Shown here piece after piece: positions 53,355 through 63,263 of a DNA stretch of 64,000 bases; position 1 is the first letter of the stretch, and each line of letters opens with the position of its first letter. A program made the translations under genes and the position numbers. The DNA is taken from contig CAZEWA010000002.1 of the NCBI GenBank assembly GCA_964515685.1, positions 7,932-71,931 of the forward strand, given 5' to 3'. The stretch comes from an uncultured Polyangiales bacterium. GTDB lineage: Bacteria; Myxococcota_A; Polyangia; Polyangiales; DASUME01. The notes beneath the pieces are model-generated. The model ran no database searches. It was not told the origin of the DNA and saw only the letters and a program-made list of their open reading frames with translations.

Positions 53355-56300
53355 TCAGGTGATGGTGACCCCGATGGCGTGGCGCAGGGCGAGGTAGCGC
53401 GGCGAGACGGCGTACAAGTACAGCTCCTTGAGACGATCGCGCTCGCTGGCGTAGCTGCTGTCGGGCGGGCTTGCTCTGATCACCGCCACGGCGGCGTCCA
53501 AGCTATTGGCGAGGATGAAGCCCACGCGATCGGCCGCAATATCGATGGCCATGCCCCAGCGCTTCATGTCGAGCTCGGGTTGCTCGCGCAGGAGCTGCTC
53601 TACCAGGCTGCGCAGGGACTGCTGGGCCGGTGAGTGCAACGTGCTTACGAGTGCTTGATGGTTGCGCTCGACCTGGGCGCGCATCGCGTCGGGTACAGGG
53701 AAGCGCGGATTGGCGAGGCGGATCGCAGCCAGCAGCCAGCTGCGTAGGCCGCTGCCGCTGGGTACGAGCTGACGCATGTAGTGGCCCGGCCGCATGTACG
53801 AGAGCTGACGTCCCGCGATGAAAGCCACGGCCTGGTCGGGCGCGCCCTGGAATGCAGCTTGCCCGAGGCCCAGAGAGGGCGGATTCGTAAACAGGAAGGA
53901 GACGCCGCCTGCTGCGCCGGGTTGGTAGAAGGTGGGCGGCAGTGGAACAAGCGTGACGCCGGATGCGTAGAACAGCATCTGCGCGGTCACGGAGCCATCG
54001 TTCTGACAGTCGACCGGCGCGTGGCGATCGATACCGAAAACTTCCGGCTCTTGCGCGAGCTCATGGATGGCGGCTGGCTGCAGCATGGCAAAGATGCTGG
54101 TCAGAAGCGGATCCTGATCCGTCGAGAGGATGTACTCGTCCCAGATTTGCTCGGTGATGCACTCCCTGGCGGTCGCCGGAGCCTGCACACGGTAGCGCTT
54201 GAAGAAGGCTTCTTCGTCCGGCTCCGCCATGTTGAGACTGCGCAAGGCTTGGCACACGGCCCACGCCTCGTCAGGACGTGAGAGCTGCGTGTAGAGCTTG
54301 CGCAGGCCCCGGTAGGACTCGATGCGGTAGGGCTGCTGTTCGAGCAAAGCCGCGTGCGCAGAGACGGCTTGTTCCGCGTAGCGGTTGGGGTGCTTGCCGT
54401 AGATTTCGACCAAGCGCTCCATGCGCGGGCGGTTGTCGGGGTCGAGCTCTTGTGCAGCTTCGTAGGCCGCGACGGCCTCGTCGATGCGGTTGAGCCGTGC
54501 GTGGTAGAGCTCAGCCAGGTTGTGCCAAAGCGCGGCAAGTTGCTCTGCTGGCAGCTGGCCTTGGATGCGCTCGATGTGCGTGCGATAGGCTCGCGCGAGG
54601 CGCTCCCAGTTGTTGCTGCGCTGCAGGCAATCGGTGAGGCCTCGGAAAGCGTTCTCAAGGCTTGGGACGCTCGCCAGCGCCTTCTCGTAGAACTCGATGG
54701 CCTGATCGTATGCGCCGAGTTCCTGATGCGCGACGGCTGCCGCGGTGTGGAAGTATTTGCCGCGCAAGGTCGGGTCTTCGACGACGCCAGCCATGCGCAC
54801 CAGAACCTCGAGCAGCCTCGTCCAGTCCTTGGCCTCGGAGTAGAGCGCCATGAGCTTGCTGAGCAGGTTGCGGTCTGCCGCGTTTAGCTCGAGCGCTGTG
54901 AGGTAGGCCTTGGCAGCCTTGTCGCGGTCGCGCATGTGCGTCGCGTAGAGATCACCAGCACGTACCCACAGGTCGAAAAGTTGGTCGTCATCCTCCGCCA
55001 GGTCGATGCGCCGCCTCAGGGTGCGGGCTGCGGCATCCCAGCCGCGCTTGTGGATTTGGACGTCGTAAAGCTCGTCGAGCGGCTCGGGGGCTTCCAGCAA
55101 AAGTTCGCTGGACTGGCTGAAGCTCAACGCGGCTGCGGTCAGGTCGCCAAGGTGCTTCTTGGCGCGTCCGAGCTTGAGTAGGATTTCGCCGCGCTCCGTG
55201 GGGGAGAGCGAGGAGGCGAAGCGGTCCAAAATCTTGCCGAGAAGCTGTGCTGCTTCATGGTGGTTGTCGGTGGCGATGCTGTGCGCTGCGAGGCGTTCCA
55301 ACACGCGCTTGTCGTCTGGAGCGACCGCCTTGGCCTGTAGATAGGCGCGCTCTGCCTGAGGTAGCTGCTCGGTCGCGCGATATGCGTCGCCCGCAGCCAG
55401 GCAAGCTTGCAGCGAGATCTCACGCGGCAGCTCCGTGGTGCGGTCGAGGACGGGCTCGAGAAGCTCGGCGGCTTCTTGGAAGCTCTCGCGCTCCAGGGCC
55501 AGGTGACCCAGGCCGAGCAGAGCTTCGAGGTTGTCTGGATTGAGCTCCCGTGCGCGCTCGAAGGCATCTGCTGCGAGTGCCTTGTCGCTGAGCACGTCGA
55601 GGCGGAACTTGCCGAGCGTGACGAGTGCTGCTGCCCGCGCTTCGGGTCCTTCTGCGAACTCGACCTTGCGCAACAGCAAGTCTGCCTGGCCGCGCGTGTC
55701 GCCGCGGCGTTCGCACAGACGTCCCAGGGCTTCGAGAGCCAGTGCATGGCGAGGGTCTGCTTCGAGCGCAAGTGTGTAGCGATCGACCGCGTCGTCGAAG
55801 TTGTCGAGTTGCTCGAGCAATTCACCGGCTCGTACCCAAAGCTCGGCTCGCTTGAGCGCATCTTGCTCGGTGTCGGCGAGGACCTCCAGGGCATCGAGTG
55901 CTGCCACCGAGTCCCCTGCCAAGGCGCGAATGCGCGCGGTGAGCGCGAGGGCTTCGGAATGACCCGGCACCGTCGTAAGCACGCGCTCGCACACGAATGC
56001 AGCGCGCTCGGGCGAACCGAGGTCGGCCATCAAAACGCGTGCGGCCTGCATCAACAGCTCGGCCTTGCGTGTGGTGTCTTCCACGCCCTTGGCATGGCGG
56101 TCGAAGGTCTGTGCCAGCGCATCGAACCGATGAAGCTCTCGGTACAAGCGCGCAAGAGCCGTGTTGGCTCCTTCATGACTTGGCGCAAGCTCGATGATCT
56201 TCTCGTAGGTTTCGGCAGCGAGCGCGGGATTGCTCAGACGCTCTTCGTGCAAGGGCGCGATGCGCTCGAGGAGCTCGATGCGTTGGGCGGGCGTGGCCAC

Positions 56301-58676
56301 CAGCGCAAGTTGCTTCTCCAGCACAGTGAGCAGCGGTTCCCAGGACTCCTGCTGCAGGTGCGCTCGCTCGAGCCCCTTGAGCGCGATGAGGTTCTTGTCG
56401 TCCACCGAGAGCGCCGAGTTGTAGTGAGCGATGGCTCCATCGAGGTCTTCGAGTCCCTCTTCGTGCAGCAACGCAAGCTCACACAGGGTGTGCGCGCGCT
56501 CTGCTCCGCGCTGCTCTTGCGCCTTCTTGGTGAGGAGCTCGCCCAGTTTGTCGAGGGCACCCTCGTCGAGATAGATATCTTCGAGCGCTTCGAGTGCACC
56601 CGGATGCGAAGGATCGTCGGCGAGTACACCTTCGAAGAGCTGCGCCGCCGAATGCGTATCGCCCACATGCCGATGCAGCACAGAGGCCGCTTCGGCTTGC
56701 AGGTCGCGTGCGCGTGCGGGGCTCGCACTCTCGGAGCGATGCACGAGCAGCTGAACGAGCTCTGTCCAAGATTGCGCCTCACGGTACAGGTTGGTGAGCG
56801 CCGTGAGCGCACCCTCGTGGGCAGGGTCTATCTGGAGTGCGCGCGTCAGGTACGGGAGCGCGAGATCGGGACGCGATAGGCGCCTTTCGTACCAGCGCGT
56901 GACTACGAGGCAGAGGGCCAAGGCGTCTTCGGGGCGCTCTGGGTTCTCGATCGTGTCTTGCACCGATTCGATGGCTTCGAGCCATTGTTCAGCCGTCTTG
57001 GCGAGTCGCTCCACCGCGCGTACTGCGCGATCGTCTTCTGGTTCTTCGGACAGGGCCTGACACCACGCGACGAACGCGTTTTCTTCGGCGTCCAGTTCTT
57101 CTTCGTAGAGACCTGCGACCTCGCGCAAAATCGCAGCGCGCGTGCCTCTGTCGGTTTCGCTCTCGAGACGATCGAGCAAAAGCCCGACCAGTCCTTCGTG
57201 ATCGTTCGAGTGGCGCCGCAGCTCCTCGATGGCGTTGTGCGCTTGAGCGTTCTCTGGATCGTACTCCAGCACGACCCGATACACGCGTTCGGCGGCTTCG
57301 ACGTCTTTCTGTTCGTCCGATAGCACACGCGCTGTGCGGAAAAGCAGCTGCTCTTTGGTCGGTCCGTGATCGACAGCGTCGGCTGCTTCGAGGAACACGT
57401 CGACCACGTGGTGCCAGCTGTTCGTGGGCGCCACCAGGGCTTCGAGCTGTGCCGCCAGCGCCTCGTCGCTGGGGTTGGCTTGGAAGGCCGCGATGGAGTT
57501 CAAAAGCCCTTGCATGTCGAGCTGCGGAACCTCTGCTGGCGGCAGCAGACTGCGCCCGATTTCCGCTTCGAGCGCGTCCGCAAAATCACGTGCCGTTTCG
57601 TAGCGCTCACTGGGTTCCTTGCTCAGGGCGCGCTCGATTACCCGCTCGAGTTCGGTGCTGACCCAACCGCGTGGCGCACGCTCGGACAGCGGCGCGGGCT
57701 CCTCGTAGAGGTGCGCCGTGATGAGGTCGATAGGCGTTTTTGCCTCATAGAGCGGCTGCCCAGATAGCGCGTGATAGAGCATGGTTCCGACGGCGTAGAT
57801 CTCGCTGCGAACGTCGGGTTCTGCGCCGCGTGCGACTTCCGGGGCCATGCAGGCAGGATCGCCCGCCAGCCTGAGCACGAAGGGAGGCAGCGCCTCGCCC
57901 CCGCAAAGCAGACGGCCTGTTCCGAGGTCGGTCAAGACACCGAAGGGCTCGCTGCGCCCGGATTCGCCGCCGGACTGCCGCACCACGAAGACGTTTTCGA
58001 GCTTGAGATGCCCGTGCAAAAAGCCGCGCTTGTGCAGCGCATACAGGCCCTTCAAGAGGGTGCGAGCTATTGCGCGGACTTCCGTGATGTGCACGGCGCC
58101 CGAGCGCGAAAGGCGGTTGGCCAAGGACTGGCCCGGGATGTATTCACTGGCGACGAAGACGCGACCGTCGTCCAACGTGCCGGCTTCGTAAATGCCTGCG
58201 ATGCCGATGTCCTGCACTTGCTTCAGTGCGCGTGCTGCGGTCAGGAGCCGCAGGGTCGCGGCGCGGTCGCGGGTGGCGGCACGGGCGAAGACCTTCAGCG
58301 CGGCACGTTCGGTGTGGCCATTACTCGGGGCTGGGCGCTCCGCCAAGTAGACGACTCCAAGGGGGCCCGAGGCGATGCGCTTGAGGACCTTGAAGCCTCC
58401 CACCAGGGCTCCCGGCACGAGATCTGCGTCCTCGGGGGCTTTGGGGGCCGCAGGCAGCGTGCCGTTTTTAGCCGAAAATCGGATGGCGTCTTCGAGCGCA
58501 GCCAGGCCCTCGTGCGCCTCACAGTGGCGGGCCAAGGCGCGGGCGAAGGTGCCTTTGGCTGCAGTTCCACCGATTTCTTTCGGATCGAACCCGAGCAGCT
58601 CCGCGCTCAGCGTCATCATCTTGTCGAGTTCGAACAAACGTTCGAGCTCACCTTGCAGGAACTCCACAGTGCTCAT
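53355..58676 (-). CDS. Giant Ser/Thr-kinase-like (predicted pseudokinase) protein with very long TPR arrays and a conserved-looking C-terminal domain
   Basis: ORF 53355..58949; start chosen at MSTVEFLQGELERLF (58676; an upstream alternative is possible). The kinase-like domain has AALKV, TDLGTG and CMAPEV, but its catalytic loop reads FLHGHLKLENVFV (57993-58016) instead of HRDLKPEN. More than 1000 aa of TPR follow. Confidence 0.85.
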   Translation of the reverse strand: MSTVEFLQGELERLFELDKMMTLSAELLGFDPKEIGGTAAKGTFARALARHCEAHEGLAALEDAIRFSAKNGTLPAAPKAPEDADLVPGALVGGFKVLKRIASGPLGVVYLAERPAPSNGHTERAALKVFARAATRDRAATLRLLTAARALKQVQDIGIAGIYEAGTLDDGRVFVASEYIPGQSLANRLSRSGAVHITEVRAIARTLLKGLYALHKRGFLHGHLKLENVFVVRQSGGESGRSEPFGVLTDLGTGRLLCGGEALPPFVLRLAGDPACMAPEVARGAEPDVRSEIYAVGTMLYHALSGQPLYEAKTPIDLITAHLYEEPAPLSERAPRGWVSTELERVIERALSKEPSERYETARDFADALEAEIGRSLLPPAEVPQLDMQGLLNSIAAFQANPSDEALAAQLEALVAPTNSWHHVVDVFLEAADAVDHGPTKEQLLFRTARVLSDEQKDVEAAERVYRVVLEYDPENAQAHNAIEELRRHSNDHEGLVGLLLDRLESETDRGTRAAILREVAGLYEEELDAEENAFVAWCQALSEEPEDDRAVRAVERLAKTAEQWLEAIESVQDTIENPERPEDALALCLVVTRWYERRLSRPDLALPYLTRALQIDPAHEGALTALTNLYREAQSWTELVQLLVHRSESASPARARDLQAEAASVLHRHVGDTHSAAQLFEGVLADDPSHPGALEALEDIYLDEGALDKLGELLTKKAQEQRGAERAHTLCELALLHEEGLEDLDGAIAHYNSALSVDDKNLIALKGLERAHLQQESWEPLLTVLEKQLALVATPAQRIELLERIAPLHEERLSNPALAAETYEKIIELAPSHEGANTALARLYRELHRFDALAQTFDRHAKGVEDTTRKAELLMQAARVLMADLGSPERAAFVCERVLTTVPGHSEALALTARIRALAGDSVAALDALEVLADTEQDALKRAELWVRAGELLEQLDNFDDAVDRYTLALEADPRHALALEALGRLCERRGDTRGQADLLLRKVEFAEGPEARAAALVTLGKFRLDVLSDKALAADAFERARELNPDNLEALLGLGHLALERESFQEAAELLEPVLDRTTELPREISLQACLAAGDAYRATEQLPQAERAYLQAKAVAPDDKRVLERLAAHSIATDNHHEAAQLLGKILDRFASSLSPTERGEILLKLGRAKKHLGDLTAAALSFSQSSELLLEAPEPLDELYDVQIHKRGWDAAARTLRRRIDLAEDDDQLFDLWVRAGDLYATHMRDRDKAAKAYLTALELNAADRNLLSKLMALYSEAKDWTRLLEVLVRMAGVVEDPTLRGKYFHTAAAVAHQELGAYDQAIEFYEKALASVPSLENAFRGLTDCLQRSNNWERLARAYRTHIERIQGQLPAEQLAALWHNLAELYHARLNRIDEAVAAYEAAQELDPDNRPRMERLVEIYGKHPNRYAEQAVSAHAALLEQQPYRIESYRGLRKLYTQLSRPDEAWAVCQALRSLNMAEPDEEAFFKRYRVQAPATARECITEQIWDEYILSTDQDPLLTSIFAMLQPAAIHELAQEPEVFGIDRHAPVDCQNDGSVTAQMLFYASGVTLVPLPPTFYQPGAAGGVSFLFTNPPSLGLGQAAFQGAPDQAVAFIAGRQLSYMRPGHYMRQLVPSGSGLRSWLLAAIRLANPRFPVPDAMRAQVERNHQALVSTLHSPAQQSLRSLVEQLLREQPELDMKRWGMAIDIAADRVGFILANSLDAAVAVIRASPPDSSYASERDRLKELYLYAVSPRYLALRHAIGVTIT

Positions 58677-58964
58677 GGTTACCCTTCGGTCACGTCGCGC
58701 TTCGGCCGCACCTCCCCGCTCGGTCCGACTTAGGGGCGGCGCCGGGATGGGGGGTGTATCCATTCGGAAACCGCCGCATCTTACACAGGCGCCATGGTCA
58801 CCGAAATAGCGCTGACCGGTCTCTCGGGACCAGCGACTTACCAGTTTCCGCACCACTGTGATGGCTTTGATGACAGCGGAAAATAGTTGGCCGGTTGCGT
58901 CAAGATTGTATCCCGAGAGACAGTTCTGCCTGGGTCGTCCAGCAAACAAATCTCTGGAGGCGGA

Positions 58965-59693
58965 TCAAACCTTGGTGGGTGGCACCGATTGGGGCGGATT
59001 CTGCACCATGCGTAGGTACATGTGCGCCGCGCGGTTCTGGGGATCGAGCTCGAGCACGCGCTGCCAACAGCGGGTAGCGGCCGGGATGTCCCCGAGCGAA
59101 AATCGCACGACGCCGAGGGCGATTTGGGCGGGGGCGTACAGAGGCTTTACCTTCAGCGCCTCTTCGAGCTCGTAGGCAGAAGCTTCGAGGTCGCCGGCCT
59201 CTCGATAGAGGTTGGCGAGCCTGAGCCGGAGGTCTGCAAAGGAAGGACACAGCAGTACGGCTTTGCGCAGCTCGTGCATCGCCTCGCTGATCATGCCCGC
59301 ATCCGCGTACGCCACGGCCACGTCGGCATGCATATTGGCGATTTTTCCCCGCACAAAGGGCGTTACACCTCCGGCAGCCTTCGTGCCTTGAGTTAGCGCG
59401 CCCCGGTAGACACGCTTGGCTTCCTCGTATCGACCCAGGTCGTTGTAGGCCACGGCTAGGTTCAACGCGGCCTCGGTATAGGCGGGATTGATGGCTAGGG
59501 ATTCTTCGAAGGCGGCCTGCGCCTCTTCGAACTGGCCTCGGTCGTGAAAAATCACGCCGAGCATGTTGTACACATCCGCGGCGGACACGTGTCGCTCGAG
59601 CACTTGTTGGAAGTAGTGCTCTGCCTTGTCGAACTCCCCCCGCGAGTAGTGCTCTCGGCCAAGGGTCAAGAGCTGCTTGGTGCGGTCATCCAT
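58965..59693 (-). CDS. TPR repeat protein (242 aa)
   Basis: Consecutive 34-aa TPR units (GEFDKAEHYFQQVLE..., GQFEEAQAAFEESLAINP..., GRYEEAKRVYRGAL...). Confidence 0.8.
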   Translation of the reverse strand: MDDRTKQLLTLGREHYSRGEFDKAEHYFQQVLERHVSAADVYNMLGVIFHDRGQFEEAQAAFEESLAINPAYTEAALNLAVAYNDLGRYEEAKRVYRGALTQGTKAAGGVTPFVRGKIANMHADVAVAYADAGMISEAMHELRKAVLLCPSFADLRLRLANLYREAGDLEASAYELEEALKVKPLYAPAQIALGVVRFSLGDIPAATRCWQRVLELDPQNRAAHMYLRMVQNPPQSVPPTKV

Positions 59694-59711
59694 AGCCGAT
59701 AGATTAACCCG

Positions 59712-60485
59712 TCACCCGCCGGTCTCGGCCAAAAAGCGCTCAGCTTGTACCGCGCTCCCGGACTCTGGGTAGCGTGCGATAAGCTCACGAAAGGTGGCAT
59801 GGGCGCTCGGTCGGTCCTTCAGCATGAGCTGGGTCCGGCCCACCAAAAGCATGGCTTCAGCCTCCAAACCGCTGCCTTCGTAGGAGCGCAGGAGGCCGTA
59901 AAGTCGATTGATTGCGGCCTTCGGATGCTCCCGCTTCAGGTAGAATTCCGCCGCGTAGAGCTCATGGCGGGCCAGGAGCCCGAGCGTCCGCTTCTCCATC
60001 TTGACGGCTTTGTCCGTGTTCTCGTCGTACGAGAAGTCGAGCAGGTAGCGGCGCAGATCGCGCAGGGCGTCTCGGGCGGCCCGCATGTCGCGTTCGTAAG
60101 TGGGCGGCGACAAAAACCACTCGCTCGGGATCTGTTCGTACTGGGACTCGGCTGCCTTGAACCGGGCGTAAGGGACACTTTCGTGGGAGGCGCGCACGCG
60201 GGCAAAGCGCTGGTAAATCTCTATCGCCTCTACGTGTTTGCCCTGAATCGACAAACAATCCGCCTCGCGCAGCTCTGAGAGCGCGGCAAAGCGGGTGTAG
60301 GGGTAATTGGCCCGAATCTCGCGAAATAGCGGCTCGGCTGCGATGCAGTCGTCGTTGTCGAAGGCCATCATCGCTTTTTCGTAAGCGATTCTGGCATCTT
60401 CGCTGTAGGAGCCGGTCTTTTGGGAGGTCGCACAGGCGGCCATGAGGAGACCGAAAACGGACAGCAGCAGCGGGGCTAGGCGCAC
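59712..60485 (-). CDS. bamD: Outer membrane protein assembly factor BamD-like lipoprotein
   Basis: Lipobox FGLLMAAC. YfiO/BamD-type pattern: CIAAEPLFREIRANYPYTRFAALSELREADC..., ...RHELYAAEFYLKREHPKAAINR... Confidence 0.75.
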   Translation of the reverse strand: MRLAPLLLSVFGLLMAACATSQKTGSYSEDARIAYEKAMMAFDNDDCIAAEPLFREIRANYPYTRFAALSELREADCLSIQGKHVEAIEIYQRFARVRASHESVPYARFKAAESQYEQIPSEWFLSPPTYERDMRAARDALRDLRRYLLDFSYDENTDKAVKMEKRTLGLLARHELYAAEFYLKREHPKAAINRLYGLLRSYEGSGLEAEAMLLVGRTQLMLKDRPSAHATFRELIARYPESGSAVQAERFLAETGG

Positions 60486-60616
60486 ACGCGCACGCTAGCA
60501 CAGGCGTCCGATGTGGGCCCGACCACGCTCCTTGCAGTGAAGGTTTCCGCTACCTGTGCGGTCCGTGCAGAATACAGCCCACACGCGGCCACCTCAGGCT
60601 TCCTCGGAGTCTCTCG

Positions 60617-61912
60617 ATGCAAAGTCGTTCAGCGCGTAAGTTCAGGCAACACGGGATCAGATGTGCCGCGGCGGGGGCGCTGACCTGGTTTTTCGCTTCC
60701 CTGCCGGTGGGAGCTGAGGCCCAGACCAACCTGCTTCCGCAGCGTGAGGCAGCGGCCAAGGCGTCGCCACGCGATGCTGAGGTGCAGGCAGCGCTCGGCA
60801 CCGCGTACCTGAGGGCAGGCCGTTTCTCGGATGCTGCTAAACAATTGGAGCGCGCGGAGGCCCTGAAGCCGCTCGACCCCGTGGCCGTGACCCAGCGCGC
60901 GGAGGTGGCCATTGCGCAGGGCGACCTGAAGCGCGCGCGCAGCCAGTGTCAGCGCTTGTTCAAGGAGCAAAAGGGACCGCCGCTCGCCCATGTGTGTATG
61001 GCGCGAGCTTTTTTGGCCTGGAATCGCAGTGAGCGAGCCTTCGAGTCCCTGCAGCTAGCGCTCGACGAGGCGCCGCAGCTCACGGAAGCGCAGCTCGTAC
61101 TCGGTCATGCGTACAGGATTCGCAGTCAGGTGAGCGAGGCGGAGGCGGCCTACAAGTTGGCGCTCGAAAATCGAGGGCAGGCGGCTGAGGCCAACCTGGG
61201 ACTGGGTAAGCTTTACGCGGCGGCAGGGCGCAAGTCAGAAGCGCTCGCAGCGCTGCGCGCGGGCCTCGAACTCGCGGGCGACTGGCCGGAGCTTCAGTTC
61301 GAGCTCGGCGCTCTCTTGGCGGAGGGCGATGAAGCCCGCGCGCTACTCGAGCGAGCGACTGCCGGGCGTCCGGGGTGGGCTGATGCGGAGCGCGCACTCG
61401 GCGATTTGCTGAAGAACGTGGGTGAGCTCGAAGCTGCCAATGCCGCGTACCGCAGGGCCATCAAGGCAGACCGCAATCACACGGCGGCGCAGCTCGGGCT
61501 GGCCGAGGTTTTATTGAGGCAAAACAAAGCCGACGAAGCAGAACAACCCGTGCAGGCGGTTCTCGCACTCGTCGCCAATGACCCACGTGCCACGCTGATT
61601 TTGGGCGAGGTGCAGCTCAAGAAGGGCGCGGTGGACGACGCTATCGCAAGCTTTCGGCGGGCTTCGGATCTCGACACCAAGAATCCACTCGGGCTTGTGC
61701 GCGCGGCAGAGGCTTCGTTGACTCACGGCCGACCGACGTTGGCGGCGGCTTTCCTGGATCGCTTGCTGGTGGGGCACCCGAAGCACGCGGCGGCGCTGAT
61801 CCTTTACGGAGATGTGATGCGCTCGCGGGGCGATAGGGCGCAAGCCAAGCAGTATTACGAGCGCGCGGTGAGCGCTGGCGGCAGCCTCGACGCCTCGCGC
61901 GCAGACCTGTAA
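60617..61912 (+). CDS. Secreted TPR repeat protein (431 aa)
   Basis: Signal-like N-terminus AGALTWFFASLPVGAEA, then about 10 TPR units. Confidence 0.8.
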   Translation: MQSRSARKFRQHGIRCAAAGALTWFFASLPVGAEAQTNLLPQREAAAKASPRDAEVQAALGTAYLRAGRFSDAAKQLERAEALKPLDPVAVTQRAEVAIAQGDLKRARSQCQRLFKEQKGPPLAHVCMARAFLAWNRSERAFESLQLALDEAPQLTEAQLVLGHAYRIRSQVSEAEAAYKLALENRGQAAEANLGLGKLYAAAGRKSEALAALRAGLELAGDWPELQFELGALLAEGDEARALLERATAGRPGWADAERALGDLLKNVGELEAANAAYRRAIKADRNHTAAQLGLAEVLLRQNKADEAEQPVQAVLALVANDPRATLILGEVQLKKGAVDDAIASFRRASDLDTKNPLGLVRAAEASLTHGRPTLAAAFLDRLLVGHPKHAAALILYGDVMRSRGDRAQAKQYYERAVSAGGSLDASRADL

Positions 61913-61951
61913 GGCGGCGTTCTCGAGGCGTGCTGTCCGAGAGAGCGCGAC

Positions 61952-62551
61952 TCAGGAGCCCGAGATGAGCTTCTTGATGGCGGCTTCGTCGCTCTCTCGC
62001 ACTGCACCCGTACGCGCGCAGCGCACTTTGCCCTGCGGATCGACGAACAGGTGCACAGGCAGCGTGGCGCCCGCGTCGAGGCCGAGGCCGACCAGCCATG
62101 TTGCAAGCGAGCTCGGCTCAAGCACCCGCAAGCTGTCCTTGGCGTCTGGGTGCGTTTCGCCGAATTTTTCGACCACCTCGCGGCTCACGTCGACCGAGAG
62201 CAGCTCGAGGGAGAGGGCGCCTTTTTGAGTCGACAGGTTGCGCTGCAGGCGCTTGATGAGCGGGAGCTCTTCGATGCAGGGGGGACACCAGGTGGCCCAG
62301 AGGTTTATCCAGCGCCAGCCCTTGGCCTCGGCGTCGGGGGTGCCTTCGATGGCGGGGAACTCAAATTTGGCCGCGTTTTCGGGCGTTTTCAGGATGTCGC
62401 ACAGCTCATGCTCGGCGCTCGTATTCCGCGCTGCAGACACGGCCACGACGCGCGAAGGGCTTGCGACCGTGCCTGAAGTGTCCTCGCTGCAAGCTGTGAG
62501 CAGGAGCTGGGCTAGGAGGAGAGAACGCACAGCAATGGACGCGTGTGTCAT
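61952..62551 (-). CDS. TlpA-like thiol:disulfide oxidoreductase lipoprotein (thioredoxin fold)
   Basis: WATWCPPCIEELP active site; lipobox LLLTAC. The ATG at 62551 forms an ATGA overlap with the upstream stop (the ORF-track start at 62560 is a TTG). Confidence 0.85.
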   Translation of the reverse strand: MTHASIAVRSLLLAQLLLTACSEDTSGTVASPSRVVAVSAARNTSAEHELCDILKTPENAAKFEFPAIEGTPDAEAKGWRWINLWATWCPPCIEELPLIKRLQRNLSTQKGALSLELLSVDVSREVVEKFGETHPDAKDSLRVLEPSSLATWLVGLGLDAGATLPVHLFVDPQGKVRCARTGAVRESDEAAIKKLISGS

Positions 62552-63252
62552 AGGCGACAATCAATCCAGGCGAGGAAGGCGCTGCGGTTGAGGTCTTCGG
62601 GTTTACACTGGTCGATGCCGCCGCTGCGCTGCCACTGGCAGAAGCTCGGGTCGAGCTGGGCGTACTCCTCACCGAGCCAGAGTAGACCCACCTGCTTGTT
62701 GAGGTCGGGGTCATCGAAGGTCTGTGCCAGGCGGTTCATGACCGCATTGGCGCGGTCTTTGGAGAGCTCGCGGTTTTTCTCGGTGGCGCCATCTTGCGAG
62801 GCGCGCGACACCACGAAGAAGTAGCTGGCGCCTGCGCGGTCTGCGAAGACCTTGTCGACCAGCGCCGTGTCTGGTTCATCCAGGGTGCTCGAGCTGAGAT
62901 CGAACTGCACGATGCCGCCGCGATTTTGCATCGGTAAAAACAGCGCGTTGAAGTCGTTACCGCTCATGGTCGCAACATTTTTGGCCTCGAGCGGCTGACA
63001 ACCGCGTCCACCATTGGCGCCGATGAGGCCGCAGCTCGTGAGTACACGCCGCAAAATCTGCTTGAGCTCGGGCGTGCAGTAGGATGCGTTGGCTTCAGCG
63101 GCCACGGCCACGGCCTGTGCGTCGGGATCGGCTTTGGCTAACGCTTCGCTCTGTTCGAGGCGCGCTTCGGCACGGTGAATCCAGCTCGAGACCAGGGCGG
63201 CCGGCAGGATCAAAAGCAGAAAGCCTAAAGTGATGGCACTCGTGCGTCCCAT
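62548..63252 (-). CDS. Membrane-anchored protein with an OmpA/MotB-like C-terminal domain (tentative)
   Basis: N-terminal TM helix ITLGFLLLILPAALV. C-terminal FDLSSSTLDEP...YFFVVSRASQDGATEKNRELSKDRANAVMNRL fits the OmpA_C pattern loosely. Confidence 0.5.
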   Translation of the reverse strand: MGRTSAITLGFLLLILPAALVSSWIHRAEARLEQSEALAKADPDAQAVAVAAEANASYCTPELKQILRRVLTSCGLIGANGGRGCQPLEAKNVATMSGNDFNALFLPMQNRGGIVQFDLSSSTLDEPDTALVDKVFADRAGASYFFVVSRASQDGATEKNRELSKDRANAVMNRLAQTFDDPDLNKQVGLLWLGEEYAQLDPSFCQWQRSGGIDQCKPEDLNRSAFLAWIDCRL

Positions 63253-63263
63253 GGCGAGCCTCC

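Noticed and set aside
55407-56879. Long antisense ORFs. Examples: 55407..56879 (+, 490 aa), 57771..58733 (+), 21293..22444 (+), 18513..19544 (+), 14890..15903 (+), 13687..14649 (+), 30261..31235 (-), 3881..4663 (-), 25224..26000 (-).
   Set aside because: Each lies opposite a gene with clear family motifs. Their translations are Arg/Ala/Gly/Pro-rich and carry no recognisable motifs. Stop-free antisense frames are expected in GC-rich DNA.
58677-58949. N-terminal extensions offered by the ORF track. Examples: 53355..58949, 808..1662, 9601..10932, 22363..24078, 35452..37032, 10792..11724, 34766..35626.
   Set aside because: The extensions are Arg-rich and unstructured-looking. Internal ATGs give canonical N-termini (signal peptides, MRRVKIVCTLGP of pyruvate kinase, and so on). 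The true starts remain unverified.
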